A stretch of 64,000 nucleotides of DNA from Eledone cirrhosa. Its lineage: Eukaryota. The notes beneath the pieces are model-generated. The model ran no database searches. It saw only the letters and a program-made list of their open reading frames with translations, and was not told the origin of the DNA. The DNA lies in NCBI GenBank assembly GCA_964016885.1, contig OZ024741.1, positions 208,692,001 to 208,756,000 on the forward strand, written 5' to 3'. This document shows, in pieces, positions 41,269 through 55,619 of the stretch. Made by a program: the position numbers and the translations under genes. Position 1 is the first letter of the stretch; every line of letters starts with the position of its first letter.

Positions 41269-42360
41269 GAAACATGGGCTGTGTAGTTGCTGGATAAGAT
41301 GTATTTATAAATAAAGAGGAAAGCACGAACGGAAGACAATTTTCCTTCATCAGTTGTCTGCTGGAGATCATGGATATTTCAACGCATTAAAGACAAGATA
41401 TGTGGCTCCAGTGCGTCAATAATTAAAGGAAGCTATTGGAGAAAAAAGGTGGGGAGAGAGAAAAAAATATATAACAGAATGGAAAAGTTAAGAAAAAGGG
41501 AAAAAAAGCGAAATAAAACGGAAAACAACATACCGAAAAGGGAAACCCGAAAGCACAAGGATATATATATATGACCATGGCTCCTTGACCTCCACATCCT
41601 AAACAGCACTACTGTCATATACACACTGTCTATGAATTAGTAAATATTTACAAACAAACAAAAAATATTTAATACACATAACGCAGAGTGTGCGCATATA
41701 TTTACCAAAGCTTCTTGAATAACCCCGAGCCTTCCGCTTGCAATTGTTCAAACGACTGAAGTAAGAATGCAGTCTGATAATATTTTGAAATCATATAGAA
41801 GAGTAAACTTCCCCATAAAAACCCATTTTCACGGCTTAGGTGTATTTCTGTACACATGGCACTGAAGACATGAGAGCACCATATATTTCTGCACTTGAAC
41901 AGATGATATGATTATTGTATATAACAATTGAATATATGAATGAGGCAAATTTTCTAAAGGTTTTGCTTTGTTTGTTTTTTGTTTTTTTTTGTGATATGGG
42001 TAATGACGGCAAACAATGAGATCTGGTTGACTAATCTATATGTGATTATCGGTGATTACTGCAGCACTCATGCAACTCGGGTTCTATCTGGCTGCTCCAA
42101 CTGTCAAGTCTGTGAATTTGAAATCGACTTGAAATACCTAAAAAAAACTACGTTTATATTTGACTTGTAATACTAGACCAGATATAAAGAATAGACTCGG
42201 GTTTATAAATTTCCGTCCAGACGAAAATAAAAAAAAGATATTCTTCAAGGAATATAGCTGTGTTTCAACTTTACAACGTAAAATGTTGACTTAAACTTTG
42301 GCTGTTCATAATAATGTTATATGAGCAAAATTTAATGAAGTGAAAGCTTGTATTTCTAAT

Positions 42361-42548
42361 AATTGTTTCTACTTTTGACACAAGGCCAACAATTACCCAG
42401 TGCATTACTGGTACTTTATTTTATCGACCTCGTAAGGATGAAAGGCAAAGTTAACCTCGGCGGGATTTGAACTCAGAATTCCAAAGGCCGTAACTCTATG
42501 CGTCAAAGCATGGCGTCCGACCCTCTACCAATACTGCCAATCCACCGC
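42361..42548 (-). mobile_element. tRNA-derived SINE
   Basis: Same family. TTTCTAATAAT is duplicated at the flanks. Confidence 0.9.
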
Positions 42549-43703
42549 ATTTTTCTAATAATGTGAACTATTAGGAATAATCCTTAAATTTCGAACGGTT
42601 TTTAATTCCGTATTTTCATATTTAAAACTTCATAACTTAAAATGTAGATTTAAATAATTTTTGCTGTTTAGAAATAATGTTTCAACAATATATAGACACT
42701 TTGCAGCACAAATATTCTAATATTTGATTACAAATCCATGGTTCAGGAATATTTGGAATGGCCATGACTTCGAAAAGAGGAAGTCAAGTAATACCATTTT
42801 AGAGTTACTTCTTAAACTGCTCTATCTGAAACTATTAAATTAATTCAGCTTTTCTTCGTCATCACCGTAACTTCGATTACAAACAAAAGACGCATCTCAA
42901 TCTTAGAGATAATTTGACCAGTCTTAAGCTGCAGCATAATGATTTTAGAACGGTTGTCTTCATTGGTTTGAAACTGGTCAGTTTAGAACGACAAAATCAG
43001 AGAAATTTGCTGTAAAACCAAGGCACTTGAAATTGATGTTTAAATGAAGAAAGTGTTTATTTCTTATGAAAATTTGTGCATTTTTACTTTTTAATGTACT
43101 ATTGCAGTGATCGCTCCATGAAAATGCATTACTGATTCTACTATTGCAAAATCTTTCAAATGGTTTTACAATAGAAATAGATTGAAAATTAAGGAAGAAA
43201 GAAACCTTGTCTTTTCAAGTTATAGCTCATCGTATTTTTGTCCGTTAAATAGACTTAAATATATTACAGTGTAGTACCACTTTCATGAATTGTTTCCCCA
43301 CTTTTTAATAATGCATGTTTTTTCTGGGGTTTTTTTTGGGGGGGGGTATGTTTTTTTAATGAAATATTGCAGAGATATATTTTCAAAAGCGTAGATTTCG
43401 ATTTTATTGATGGAATTAATATTTCATATGCAATCCCTCGTTACTGAAATGACATGTCTTTCTTTCCTGTTGAAAATGTATGAGATTATCCGGAAATCGA
43501 AAGGCATAGTCAAACATTTTCCGAGTTAACGTTTCGTCTGATTAATGAAATCATTAAGGAACCGAAATTACGTAATAATGAAATTACTAAAAAATAAAAT
43601 GAAATTCTGTTAAAAATTTCATCAACAGGATAATAATCTACACCGTCAAAAATGTATATCTACAAAATCCCAATGATCAAATGTGCATTATTAAGGTATG
43701 TGA

Positions 43704-44220
43704 GGCGGTGGATTGGCAGTATTGGTAGAGTGTCGGATGCCATGCTTTGACGCATAGAGTTACGGCCCTTGCCATTCTGAGTTCAAATCCCACCGAGGTT
43801 AACTTTGCCTTTCATCCTTACGGGGTCGATAAAATAAAGTACCAGTAATACACTGGTTAATTGCTGGCCTTGTGCCTAACGTAGAAACAATTATTAAGGT
43901 ATGTGAGGGCGGTGGATTGACAGAATCGGTAGCGTGTCGGACACCATGCTTCGCGGCTTAGAGTTATGGCCCTTTACTCTTATCCTATCACTATTATCTA
44001 ATATAAGGGTGGTGAATTAGCAGTATCGGTAGGGCGCCGGACAACATGCTGTGTAGCACAGAGTTATGGCCCTTTACGTTCTGAGTTCAAATCCCACTGA
44101 GGTTAACTTTGCCTTTCATCCTTATGGCGTCGATAAAATAAAGTACCAGTAACAAACTGGTGCCAATTTAATCGACTTTGCCCTCCCCCAAAATGGCTGG
44201 CCTTTTGCTTATATTAGAAA
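43704..44220 (+). mobile_element. three stacked tRNA-derived SINEs
   Basis: 43704-43890 (TSD TTATTAAGGTATGTGA), 43908-43980 (partial) and 44007-44220. Confidence 0.88.
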
Positions 44221-44657
44221 TCCAAGGAATTAAATTGTAGTTATGTCACAGAGACCATGAACGATAAACAACATTGAAAGTATCTAAATCAACAGTTGAA
44301 AAACATTGGCAGAAATTGTCTTCTGTTTCAGTTAAATGTAAGACAGAGATTTTAAATATTGAAATGGATGAGGTGGATGTTATATTGAAAAAAATACTCT
44401 AATGCTAAAGGGAAATAATCAAGTCTGTCTTCGTAGAATGGCCAGTTTTTTAGTAACCATGGGCGTGATCACAAAAGATTTCTTGAATTGCAGTTGGATT
44501 AGATTTGATATAAATGTTTCAATTTATCACTTGAATATGGCACTCACAATTGTACGCTTATTAAATTTCGTATAATTTTTGTAAAACTTTTGTAAAAGAA
44601 CACGGATAATCCCGAGTGGTATTAATGTGGCAAAGTCACCACTGATATATATATATA

Positions 44658-46960
44658 TTTCTGAATTTGTTTAGCAACATTCTTTATCCTAAAACGTGTG
44701 TTGAGACCGATATTGTTATACTTTGGGAGGGTCATGTTGCCAATAAGAAACACATGCACCAGTTGAATTCAGTCCAATTTATTATAAATTAAATTTATAA
44801 ATTTAAGAAATTTGTAAATTTCCCGTTGGTTTGGTTGGTTCCACAACCGGACGGTTGTTCCTATATTGTCAAAGTTATTTCGTCACACATTCTGTGACCT
44901 CTTTAGTGACTGGGGATTATTTTCTTTGTTTTGTGTCTCTCCTTTGTTCTGTCCTACGCCATCTTGTTTTTGTGTGTGTTGTGTGCTTAGTTTGCGCATG
45001 TGTTACATCCGGGAGTCTGCGTGTGTTTTTATTTGTTTATTTATTTGTTTATTTACATGTTACTAGTTGGTTATTTGTTCTATGTGTGTGTGTTTTCATT
45101 TTGTTCTTAATTGTAAGTTGTGATGTTGCTATTCCATTCATGTTTTCTATGTAATTTTGGTTGGACTTCATTTATGTTTATTGCCTCTGTGATTTGTCTA
45201 AACATTGCGTCTTTTCTGTGTGTAGATTTTATTTTTATTTCTATGTTCTCTAATTTGCCCTTATGCTCTATTTTACCATGTCGGTGGATTACTGATGATT
45301 TTTTTCTATCTTGAAGCTCTCGCCAGTGTTTAATCGTTCTTCTATACTACGAGCTGTCTCACCTATGTACACTATATTCTTATCTTTACATTGTCCCTCA
45401 GTACATCTTATGCTATATACTATGTTTCTACTTTTGCAGTTAATATGGGGGCTTATTATGCATTTCTTATCTATACAGGGAGGTCTTTGAAAAGGGTATG
45501 TATTACTAATAACTGTTTTTATGGAGGTACCTGGTCTTTCCACTATCTTAATATTTAGTTTAAGTTTATCTAGGGCCCTTCTAAATTTGTAAGCTAGTTC
45601 ACCTCTAGGGGATGTATTGATGACATTACACTCTGGTATTTATTGATATCATACCATGAGTTTATTCTATTAACCTTATTCCTAGTTCTTTCAATTCTAT
45701 TCCAAAATTTGCTCCTATACAAGGGACAGGTCCGATTTGTACCATTATTTACCATTTTTTTCCCATTTGGTTCTGGCTCTCCTATATACTCTGATTTTAT
45801 CTTTCTGATTGTAGCCAGAGAACTGCATACGGTGGATGAAATGTTGTATGTGTCTCTCTAGTTCTTTTGGGTTGCACATGCGGGACACGTTCCTCATCAC
45901 CCGTACTAAATCCGCAATCAGTATGTTGATTTTGGTATGGTCCGAAACAGCTGAGTTTCGGTGGATCAGATATTTGGAAGTCATGGGTTTGGCATAATGG
46001 GAATGGAGGATTTGTTTTTTGTTATTAATGGTTTCTAACCAGAGCTCTGTGCCTAGTACAGGTAATCGATGGTTGAGGGTGTTTGCTTGGGTAGTCTATA
46101 GTAACTATAATACTCTGGTGGATGGAGTTAGCTATTTGCTGGATGCTTTCCATGGTGTTTTTCTCTAACTCCTGACTGTTCTCTAGTGGGGGTGTTTTTA
46201 CTACGTAGCGAGAGTACATTATCAGGATTAAGAGGTTGCTGTCTTCTAATTGTTCTTTAAGTTTATTGTCCCACCATACCATGAATAGGTTAGCTATGTC
46301 AACTGCAATGCTAACACTAATGGTTGCACCCTCCTCTTGGGCATATGTTTTTCCATTAAATTTGAACATATGTTCCTTAAGGGTTAGTTTTATACTGGAC
46401 CCCACCGCATGTGCAATCATTTTCTTAAGTTTATCATGGTTTGCGGGGTTCCGTATGGCTCTGGTCCCCCGTTCCATCTTTCTGTGCGGGTTTTCTTGAC
46501 CATTGAGGTAATGGTAGGTGGTCTACCTCTTGCTGGCCTTGTGGGGAAGAGGTTGCTAAGGTCATACGTATCTAGATAATCATTATTATAAGTAAGTTTA
46601 ACTCGGAGTTCCAGCTCACTGGTATCAATCCCACGGAATTCAACATTGCTATCACTGATCTTTCTACGCATTTCTCCAGAGCAAAATCCACGTCAATGGA
46701 TGGGTATAGGGACACTACATCCATACTACCTATTATACAGTCTGTTAGGTCCCTAGATCGGTTATTTTCGCTGATTCTGCTGAGGAGGTCCTCCGTAGTG
46801 TCACATACATCTGGGGACATTTCAATGATGGGGCGTACGATCAGGGAGAGGAAGTAGGAAAGTATGTAGTTACTAGCAATGTTAGCTCCACAGACTGACC
46901 GTGTTGGTGCTCCTGTGACAGGGTCACTGTTCGTCACTGGTCTTTTCGAAGCCCATACAA
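44658..46960 (-). mobile_element. Penelope-like element, same family as 5990-8519, frameshifted
   Basis: Colinear with 5990-7924 and extends further 5' (GSMDVVSLYPSID). HHR at 44867-44911 has the mutated core CUAAAGA. Confidence 0.92.
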
Positions 46961-47043
46961 CGCTGTGTGTGTATCTGAGGGCGTGCGTATATATATGTAT
47001 ATATATAGATATTATATATATAAATATACATATATATACATAT

Positions 47044-47091
<48 letters not shown>

Positions 47092-47168
47092 TTCTCTCTC
47101 TTCCTTCCATTTCTCTCCTCTCTTTCTTTCTCTCTCTCGTTCTCTCTCTCTCTCACTCTCTCTCTCTC

Positions 47169-47203
<35 letters not shown>

Positions 47204-47398
47204 GGTGGTAGAGAGAAATGTAAGCAAGAGAGAGGAGTGAAAGCAGATACAGGGAGAGGGTGGGAGTAGAAGGTGCGTGATTAGAAAGAATTAGCCTGGT
47301 TGTCAATCAGGTGTTGACTGAATCAATTAAGACAAAGGAAAGTGTGAACAGTGAGTCACTATATATATAAATATATGCAGGCATATACACGGTCACAC

Positions 47399-47466
<68 letters not shown>

Positions 47467-47501
47467 GTGTGTATGTGTGTGTGCGCGTGTGTGTGTGTAT
47501 A

Positions 47502-48398
47502 CGAGGTGTGTCAGAAAAGTTCCAGGACTGATGTCACAAAAGATTTATTTCAAACCCAAACTTCACACTAAGAGTTTTCTCCTTCAAGGTAATCCCCCTG
47601 GAGTATGTAACTGTAATCTTAGCTTTCTGCAGCGATCAAACTTTTTTCTTCATAATTTTATATACATGTCCTCTGTTTCAGGTCGTCAAGCAATGAGCAC
47701 AGAGCAACGAACGCACTGGAAAACTCCGTCAGAAGCACTGGGATTGCTGCAGCAAGTGTATGGAGATGAGACGATGTCACGCTCACGTGTTTTTGAGTGG
47801 TGCAAGATGTTTAAAGAAGGACGCGAGGACGTGGAAGATGACCCCAGGAGCGGAAGGCCTTCAACAACCAGGACTGAGGTCAACGTTGAGCGCGTCAGAC
47901 AGATGGTGCGTAGCGATATCCGGCTGACTTTTCGTCTGATGGCAAATGAGCTGGGCATGAATCGGGACAGCGTCTGGAAGATTCTCACTGAAGATTTGGA
48001 CATGCGGAAAATCTGCGCGAAGATGATGCCAAAACTGCTGAACGATGACCAGAAGGGTCGACTAATGCAAGTGTATCCAGGACATCCTCGAGCGTCTTGA
48101 AACCGAACCAGACTTGCTAGGGACAGTAATCACCGGAGATGAGTCATGAATCTTCGACTACGACCCTGAGGGGACCCGTTTTGAAGACGTGGACGACATC
48201 AAAAAGGCCGTGACGACGGAACTGCGGAGGATCCCGGAAGAATCCTTCCAGGAGTACATGCAAGCTTGGCAGAAAAGGATGGAAAAGTGCATTAGACTCC
48301 AGGGGGATTACTTTGAAGGAGAAAACTCTTAGCGTGAAGTTTGAGATTGAAATAAATCTTTTATGACATCAGTCTTGGAACTTTTCTGACACACCTCG
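47502..48398 (+). mobile_element. mariner transposon, internally deleted
   Basis: TIR CGAGGTGTGTCAGAAAAGTTCC and TA TSD. EDDPRSGRPST and ITGDES..YDPE are fused directly to the C-terminus. Confidence 0.93.
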
Positions 48399-48966
48399 TA
48401 TGTGTATATATATATATGCGTGTGTGTGTGTGTGTGTGTGTGTGCGCGCTATATATATGTGTGTGTGCGCGCGCTAGAAGTAAACAGAAATAACAAAGCA
48501 AACGACGCAGTACATTGAAGAAATATATTAGTTTAACACTTGAAAGAGCAGGAAAAGAGTCGGTCATCAGAAGATAGAGTTAGAAATGAAAGATAAAATA
48601 GAAAGATATAGAGTGAGAAAAAGAAGGAACGAGGGAAAAATAGAAAGTGAGTATTCAGTCAGCATATATTTAGTGGAGGTAGTGTTGGTGGTGGTGGTGT
48701 GGGGGAGGGGGGTGTATTTCGTGTGAGGTAGGAATTCAATTGCCCTTCTCATTCCTAAATATATTAGCCTAGCTAACAATTACCGCCCAGAACATTTTTT
48801 TAAAATACCGTGTATTTTATAAATAAAAAATACAGGGTATTTTTAAAAAATTAGATACCTTTTTGAGATGTAAATATCCCAGAAACTACAAAGCCTAGGA
48901 CAAGATCGAACAGCCTTAAGATTTATTCCTCGAAATTTGTCAACATTGTAACACTAATTCACAATA

Positions 48967-49160
48967 CACGAGGTGTGTCAGAAAAGAAATAGGGCTGGGG
49001 CCACAAAAGAATGTGTCAAATCCAATCTACGAACTACAAGTTTTCCTTCGAAATAATATCCCTCGAATCTAACGAATTTTCATATTCTTCTACGTCACGC
49101 CTCTGCACTACTGGAAGAATTCTCCCGGGAATCTCCGCAGATCCATCGTCACGGCTCTAT
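48967..49160 (+). mobile_element. mariner 5' end fragment
   Basis: CGAGGTGTGTCAGAAAAG TIR copy. Confidence 0.6.
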
Positions 49161-49231
49161 AGTTAGCCAAAGTCCTCTTAATCACTCACAGCTATTATTT
49201 AATCAAGACATACTGCGGCAAATTAGTTCGT

Positions 49232-49272
49232 AGAAGAAGAAGAAGAAGAAGAAGAAGAAGAAGAAGAAGAAG

Positions 49273-49362
<90 letters not shown>
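49232..49362. repeat. compound (AAG)n(AAC)n microsatellite
   Basis: Seen directly. Confidence 0.97.
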
Positions 49363-49365
<3 letters not shown>

Positions 49366-49502
49366 TTCAACATCAATAATAACAATATCAACAATAACAG
49401 CAGCAACAGCGACTACAGAAATAACACCATTAAGCGAAGGAATTTTCACACAGTCCTAAATATAACGGAGTCCATTGAATAATGTATATATATATATATG
49501 TG

Positions 49503-49540
<38 letters not shown>

Positions 49541-49586
49541 TAGAGAGATAGAGAGAGAGAGATAGAGAGATAGAGAGAGAGAGAGG

Positions 49587-49649
<63 letters not shown>

Positions 49650-49653
<4 letters not shown>

Positions 49654-49865
49654 AAACACTGTAAGGTAATATCCGTAGTGGTAGAGCACTCAGTTCATGG
49701 GACGAGTTTGGTAGAGGTAGTAACACAACAGTTAGTTCACCATACCGAGAATAGGAAGAACAACCGTTCTTGTTTCGTATAACCATGACCAGTTCGAGCT
49801 GAAGATCCGCTAAGGTGAAACAATTATTCTCGGTATGGTGAACTAACTGTTGTGTTACTACCTCT
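49650..49865. mobile_element. short inverted pLTR foldback (arms 49713-49753 / 49825-49865)
   Basis: 41-bp perfect inverted arms. An HHR lies in the spacer and runs into the right arm. Confidence 0.75.
49794..49833 (+). ncRNA. minimal type I hammerhead ribozyme
   Basis: UCGAG-CUGAAGA-uCC(gcuaa)GGu-GAAA-CAAUUA-UU-CUCGG. Confidence 0.72.
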
Positions 49866-49959
49866 CTCTATATATATATATATAGGACCTCGTCAGGACC
49901 TCGACGGCTGAGCTCCGGCCGTTTCCACAGCTGGATCCGAACTGTCCACCTCGTATCTT

Positions 49960-51104
49960 ACCCCACCCTCTTTGAAAAGTCTATAGGCTAACCAGATATT
50001 CTCATGGAATGCGACCAAATGAGGTTTATTTTTCAATATAGTCCTTCATATGGTCCACATATTTCTTCCATAGGTGTTGCAGTACTTGGATCACATTGGT
50101 GAAGACGCTTTCATCCTGATGGGGCCAAATCGGGAGAATAGTGACTGTGATTAACCAGTTCAACGACACACAACACACATAGCAGCCTTTGAAACCAATG
50201 ACTTGTGTACTGGAGCATCATCCTGATGAAACAAGACACCATTCGTCAGTTTTCCTGGGCGTTTGGTCTTGATAGCCTTTCGTAACTGCCTCAGTAAGTT
50301 GGCATAGTACTCTCCATTGATGGTGCTGCTCTTTTGAAGGTAGTCAATAAACACTATACCTTTTGCTTCTCTAAAAACTGAGGCAAAAAACCTTCCCTGC
50401 AGATGAGACGACTGTGGCCTTTTTTAGAACAGGTGGAGAGGGTGTTTCTACTGCACGGATTGTCTCTTGAACAAAGTGAAGAACCCTACACCCATCCTGG
50501 ATTAAGAAACGTTCAAAGAAACCAGCTGGATATCCTTCAAACACTGTCAGATTTTCCCGCCATGAGATCAGCCTGGTACGCGTTTGATCGGGTGTCAGAA
50601 AGACGTGGTAACCGCCGGCAGAAACCTTCATCGTGCCAAATTCATTGTGCAGAATATTCTCAACTCCCTCGAGGAATATGCAAATAGCATTGGCGATTTG
50701 ATTTATAGTCAATCGCCTGTCATCCATCACATTGTGGTGAACATGATCAATGTTTTTCTTAGTGGTGGCAGTTGCAGGACGTCCAGACCTTGAATAATAT
50801 GCAAGACTCTTCCTTCCCCTTCCTAAATTCAGCTGCCCGCCTTTACACTATTGATAAAGCTGGAGCAACCATGTCAGCATGAATTTCCTTGGGTGCTAAA
50901 CCCTTTTTCTGTAGATACTTGTTAACAGCATGGTACCAAATTTCGTCCATTTTCAAGAGAAGTCGCTACTAGTTACTTTTGAAGAGTCAAATATTAGTTT
51001 ACGCGGAAAGAAACAATGCAGATATTAATAAGAAGAGTTGAAATTAATGCATGCAAGATTTCACAGCACTGACACCACCCCTATGAAACTTTCAGACCAC
51101 CCTC
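49960..51104 (-). mobile_element. mariner transposon relic
   Basis: IDYLQK..TINGEYYANLL..LR..IK.KRPGKL..GVLFHQD.AP.H and DDRRLT. TIR ...CCACCCTCG|TA at 51104. Confidence 0.88.
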
Positions 51105-51187
<83 letters not shown>

Positions 51188-51265
51188 GAAGGAAGTGTGG
51201 CAAGGAACCAGGTGGACCGTAACGGACCAGAGTACTCGATACTTTGGGTAGTAGAGTGGGTAATA

Positions 51266-51381
51266 GGAAAAGCGTCAGGACCCCAACGGCAGAACTCAAG
51301 CCGTTTCGACGGCTATTTCTAGGTCTAGAAATAGTCGTCGAAACGGTTTGAGCTCTGCCCTCGGGGTCCTGACTCTTTTCC
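51266..51381. repeat. 57-bp-arm hairpin (pLTR-like foldback)
   Basis: Arms 51266-51322 / 51325-51381. Outward-reading GTCGAAACGG. GAGTACTCGA motif in the tail. (TA)n flanks. Confidence 0.8.
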
Positions 51382-52504
51382 AATATATATATATATATGT
51401 GTGTGTGTGTGTTTGTGTGTAATTCGGCTGGAAAAAGATGGAATGGTTATGGGTGGGATGTCTTTGATCACAGAGCTGCTCAAACTGGGTTAACTTTGGG
51501 ATAAACAGCAACAACAAAATTATTTCCAACAATAAGTAATTCTATAACAACAAGAGTGGTAGCGAAAAGAGGCCAGGCTAATATAAAGTGACAATTAAAC
51601 AAGATCCAAGCCAAACAATATCAGTTTACATCTCAGTCTACTTCTCAGCAAACATACAAAACAATGTATTATGTCTGGGCCCAGCCGTTTAGCTCTGTTT
51701 AGCTGATTGTTAACAAAATACTAAGGAAGTTATCTATCAGGGAAAAAGTCAATAGAATATTGTGAGTGATTTTACACTGTAAAGAAAACGAAATGAAATG
51801 CAAGGAAAAGAAAGATAGGAAAAGGAACAGATAGAGAGAAGGAGTGAGAATAAAAAGGAAAAGAGCAAAATTAGGAGAGAATGTTTACTCTGGTTGTACA
51901 ACGGGTGAAAACTATATTGAATAATAAAGTTATATTTTGATTTAAAGAATACATGTTTAGAAGAAGTTTTGTAGAGCAGTGAAGTGTTGTTATCAACAAG
52001 GTTATAAAGTTTTAAAGAGGTACGGTCAACTGGCTGAGGCGTTAGCCAGTCCCGTAGTGATATGTGTTGCTATGAAGGAACGAAAGCAAGAGATGTTTAC
52101 CTTCACGGTGTCGAGCTGCAAGAGAGAGAGAGTTTCGAATCACCGCGGGAATGTTTCCCTCTGGGTGGAAGTCGAGATACATTTTCCTACGCTGGTAGCG
52201 ATTGGCTGAATTGAGCCAAACAACGCACGGAGGATGTATCCATGAGCCCTCGGAATGTAGGTCACTACAATACCCCCTATCTAGTCTGTCTGACAATATA
52301 TAAGATTGAATCAGCAGGAAAAATGCTGAAAGAGAGCACATCAATGAAAAAATTGAACAAAAGAATGCATGCAAGAAGAAAAATGAGGCGCTAAGGGCCG
52401 TGTTGAGCCGCTGTGTCAAATGACTAGCTGTTTTGCTATTTATGTGTGACCACCCGGGGTCTAACTGAAAACGGATATAGTCTGACATGGGCAAGGTTGC
52501 TGTT

Positions 52505-52725
52505 CTTGCATTAAATGTTAGCTGTTATGGTAAGTGTTTACCAGAGCTGTGGACGAAGCTGTTATGGTAGTTTACCAGTAGCTGTTGTCAATGATGGTGC
52601 TGTTCATGCTTTACCAGAGCGGTATAGCTGTTATGGTAAGTGTTATACCAGAACTGTTATGGTAAATGTTATACCAGAGCTGTATAGCTGGAGCTATTAT
52701 GGTAAATGTTGTAGCAGAGCTGGCA
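52505..52725. repeat. degenerate ~25-35-bp tandem repeat
   Basis: Recurring GCTGTTATGGTAAGTGTT(A)TACCAGA. Confidence 0.75.
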
Positions 52726-54817
52726 AGAAGATGATGGGTAGGCGAGAAATTGTCGGCCTCCCAGATGAATTGCCGGAAGTGCTATGCAGCCAGGAAAAAT
52801 GGCTAGTTGCTTTGAAAAGCAAAAAGCAAGTTGAATCTGTAGGTGGGTAGTAGTTGAAGCGGTCATTCCATAATTCTGGCGAATCCATAGGAGAAATGGT
52901 GGAAATGCTGACAGGCACAGTTCCATTTGTTGTTTTTCCAGCGAGTCGGGTAAAGTAACAAGATTGAGGTTGTTATGCTAAAGGACGATGAGTGTGCAAC
53001 GAGATACGAAGCTGTTTGAATCTAGCTGCAATTAACATTCTCATGTTTGAGTCCAGGTGAATTAAGCTGCATGTGTCGACAGCATGTTTTGGTACCTCCA
53101 CCAGGTGAAAGATCTCGCAGAATATTACGACGTTTGAAGATCATATACTATAGACAACAACATGTTGGTGTGTGACAAATAAATGTGTGTGCATATGCAG
53201 GCCTGTAATACGGCAAAGAAAATGTGTGCGTAGAGTTATATATACAATGATAGAAGAAAAAAATGAATTTTCATATTATACAGTTTAAAAGAAATAAATG
53301 TCCAAACATTGCCTGTAAAACAAAGAAAGAAATAATTGTTTTTTAACAAAAAGTTCAATTTTTCTTTTCCTTGAAATTTCTTTGGGATAAGAATGTTATC
53401 GCTCTTACTAGGAAGCTAGTAGAATTGTTGTTGTTGTTGCTATCGAAGCGAAGTCACAGTAAATCTTCAGTAGAATCGAAGTCGAGCGTTGAAGAGCTTA
53501 GAGTCACCAATATACAAGTCACGTCTGACGCCATAGTGTGGTGAGAAAGGCTGTGAGTTCGAATCATGTCGGACGTTAGAAACATTGATGAATCGTGAAG
53601 TTTTGTACAGCAGTGAAGATTTGCAAGCGTCGAATTACCATTATGTGGTGAGAAGGCTGTTGTTTTAATTCTCGAGTCACCGTTTGTAGCGAAACAGTGA
53701 GAAGTTGTAGCGGTTGTAATGACAGAGACGATAGAATAGGTGAAGCATAGAAGTAAACAATATGAGGTGCGGTGGTTTGCGTCGGTAATGCTATAAAGCT
53801 GCCACATAGTTATTCCGTTGTTTATGGTTAGTGGCTAACCAATGTTGTCGCGGCTGCGGCTGTTAGAAGAGGGGTACTTGGTGATAGCCATTTTGAAAAT
53901 ATTTTTCTCGTGTTGAAATTTTTTCAAATACTGCTAATTTTTTTTATTTTAAAGGAATATTTCGTACTTAAATATTCCTCCGTCGGGGGTCACCATTTTA
54001 GCAGAAATAATATTATGCCTACATGGCATAATATTAATAAGAAAGAATATATGTTATTGTTGTTATTTGTTATAGTGAGAAATGTATCGTTTGTTAAGTG
54101 AGAGAGAGGCAAACTTAGCTATAAAGTGAATGTTTGTCGAAGTAGTTGTAGTACATTGTAGGCTTTGTAGAAAAATATTATTATGAGACTTTATATATTT
54201 TACAAGCTTTATTTACAACCGACCACAAAAGTTACGGTGGGTTGACAAGTCAAAGAAAAGAACAAACAAAATTAAGAGTTTTAAGAAGTAAAGAGAAAAA
54301 GCTGTGCCGGGCCAAAGGAGGCCGACAGGCCAAAGGAGGCCGGCAGGCCAAAGTTAAATCTCACCGTTACATGATTGCGTGTTGACCTTTCAGAGTCCAA
54401 AGCAGCAAGAGAGAGTTTTCGAATCGCCGCGGGAATTCACGCACACACACACACTAATAATTAATACGCTTGTACCAAACACACACATCCAATTGAAAAT
54501 TACACACGAATTATCTGCATGCACACATACTCACTGAATTAACAAACATACACACACACATGCACACAATGACAAGAATTTCACTATACACACGAATCTG
54601 AAAAAAGCAAACAGGACATAAAAACAGAACACACACATGTACAGACCTACAGACAGAGATGCTCATACATACGCACACTCACTTACATACACTCAAAGAT
54701 ACATATTCGCAAAAAAGCAGAGATACATCAATACACACACAAATCATATTTCTCTCATTCGCTCGTTTCTTTTTGAACACCATATTTCCCTGCTCTTCAA
54801 AATGGCTGTCTAGTAAT

Positions 54818-55001
54818 AATTGTTTCTACTTTTGGCACAAGGCCAGCAATTATGCACTAGCATTACTGGTACTTTATTTTATCGACCCCGTAAGGATGAA
54901 AGGCAAAGTTAACCTCGGCGGGATTTGAACTCGGTCCGTAAAGGGACGTAACTATGCTGCAAAGCATAGCGTCCGACCCTCTACCGATACTGCCAATCCA
55001 C
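54818..55001 (-). mobile_element. tRNA-derived SINE
   Basis: Same family. Confidence 0.9.
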
Positions 55002-55619
55002 GTAATAATGTAAACGAGTACAATCAAACTTTTCCGTCCCTCTCTTTGTTCCTTTTCTCTCATTTCTCCGTCTGTTTTCCGAAGAAGGACCTTGCCCTAA
55101 ACATAAACTTCTCCTGTGGGTCAAACTAATAACTTTAATTTTCATCTTGCCTTGTGTTTCCTTTTCTTTTCTTTACTGAGTCGTTTGAGCTTTCGGTTAT
55201 AATCCCTGGCAGTATTTCTTCCTGTTTTTTAGCTCTAAATCCAAATTCTGCTTTGTTCAACATTGCCTTTCAATATTTCAGGGTCGATAAATAAGGTACC
55301 AATACATTAACAACTACCACTACAACTACAGCATCGCCACTACCAAACTAAAGTTGTGGCTTATTGAATTTTTTAGAGAATGTTTAATCCGGTTCGGTGT
55401 GTTTTTTGTTCAAATTTCGCCTCCTGTCGTCGGAAAAATAGAGGTGATTAGAAAAATAGTGAGATGATAAAACCCTCAAGATACATCCTATAAGATGTAA
55501 GCTCATAGAGAGCCATCTAAACCCAAGCAGGCGCAAACTGCAACAGAAACAATAGAGACTGATCCAAGGTTAAACAACAATACTGAGACAGCTATCACTG
55601 TCACCACGTAATCATATAA

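Noticed and set aside
41330-41360. CTGATGA motif; also at 16197, 21559 and 25182
   Set aside because: No correctly placed GAAA/stem III/stem I.
51950-54440. Possible LTR retroelement (short direct repeat 52118-52152 / 54403-54437)
   Set aside because: Repeat too short; no PBS/PPT or convincing gag/pol motifs seen.
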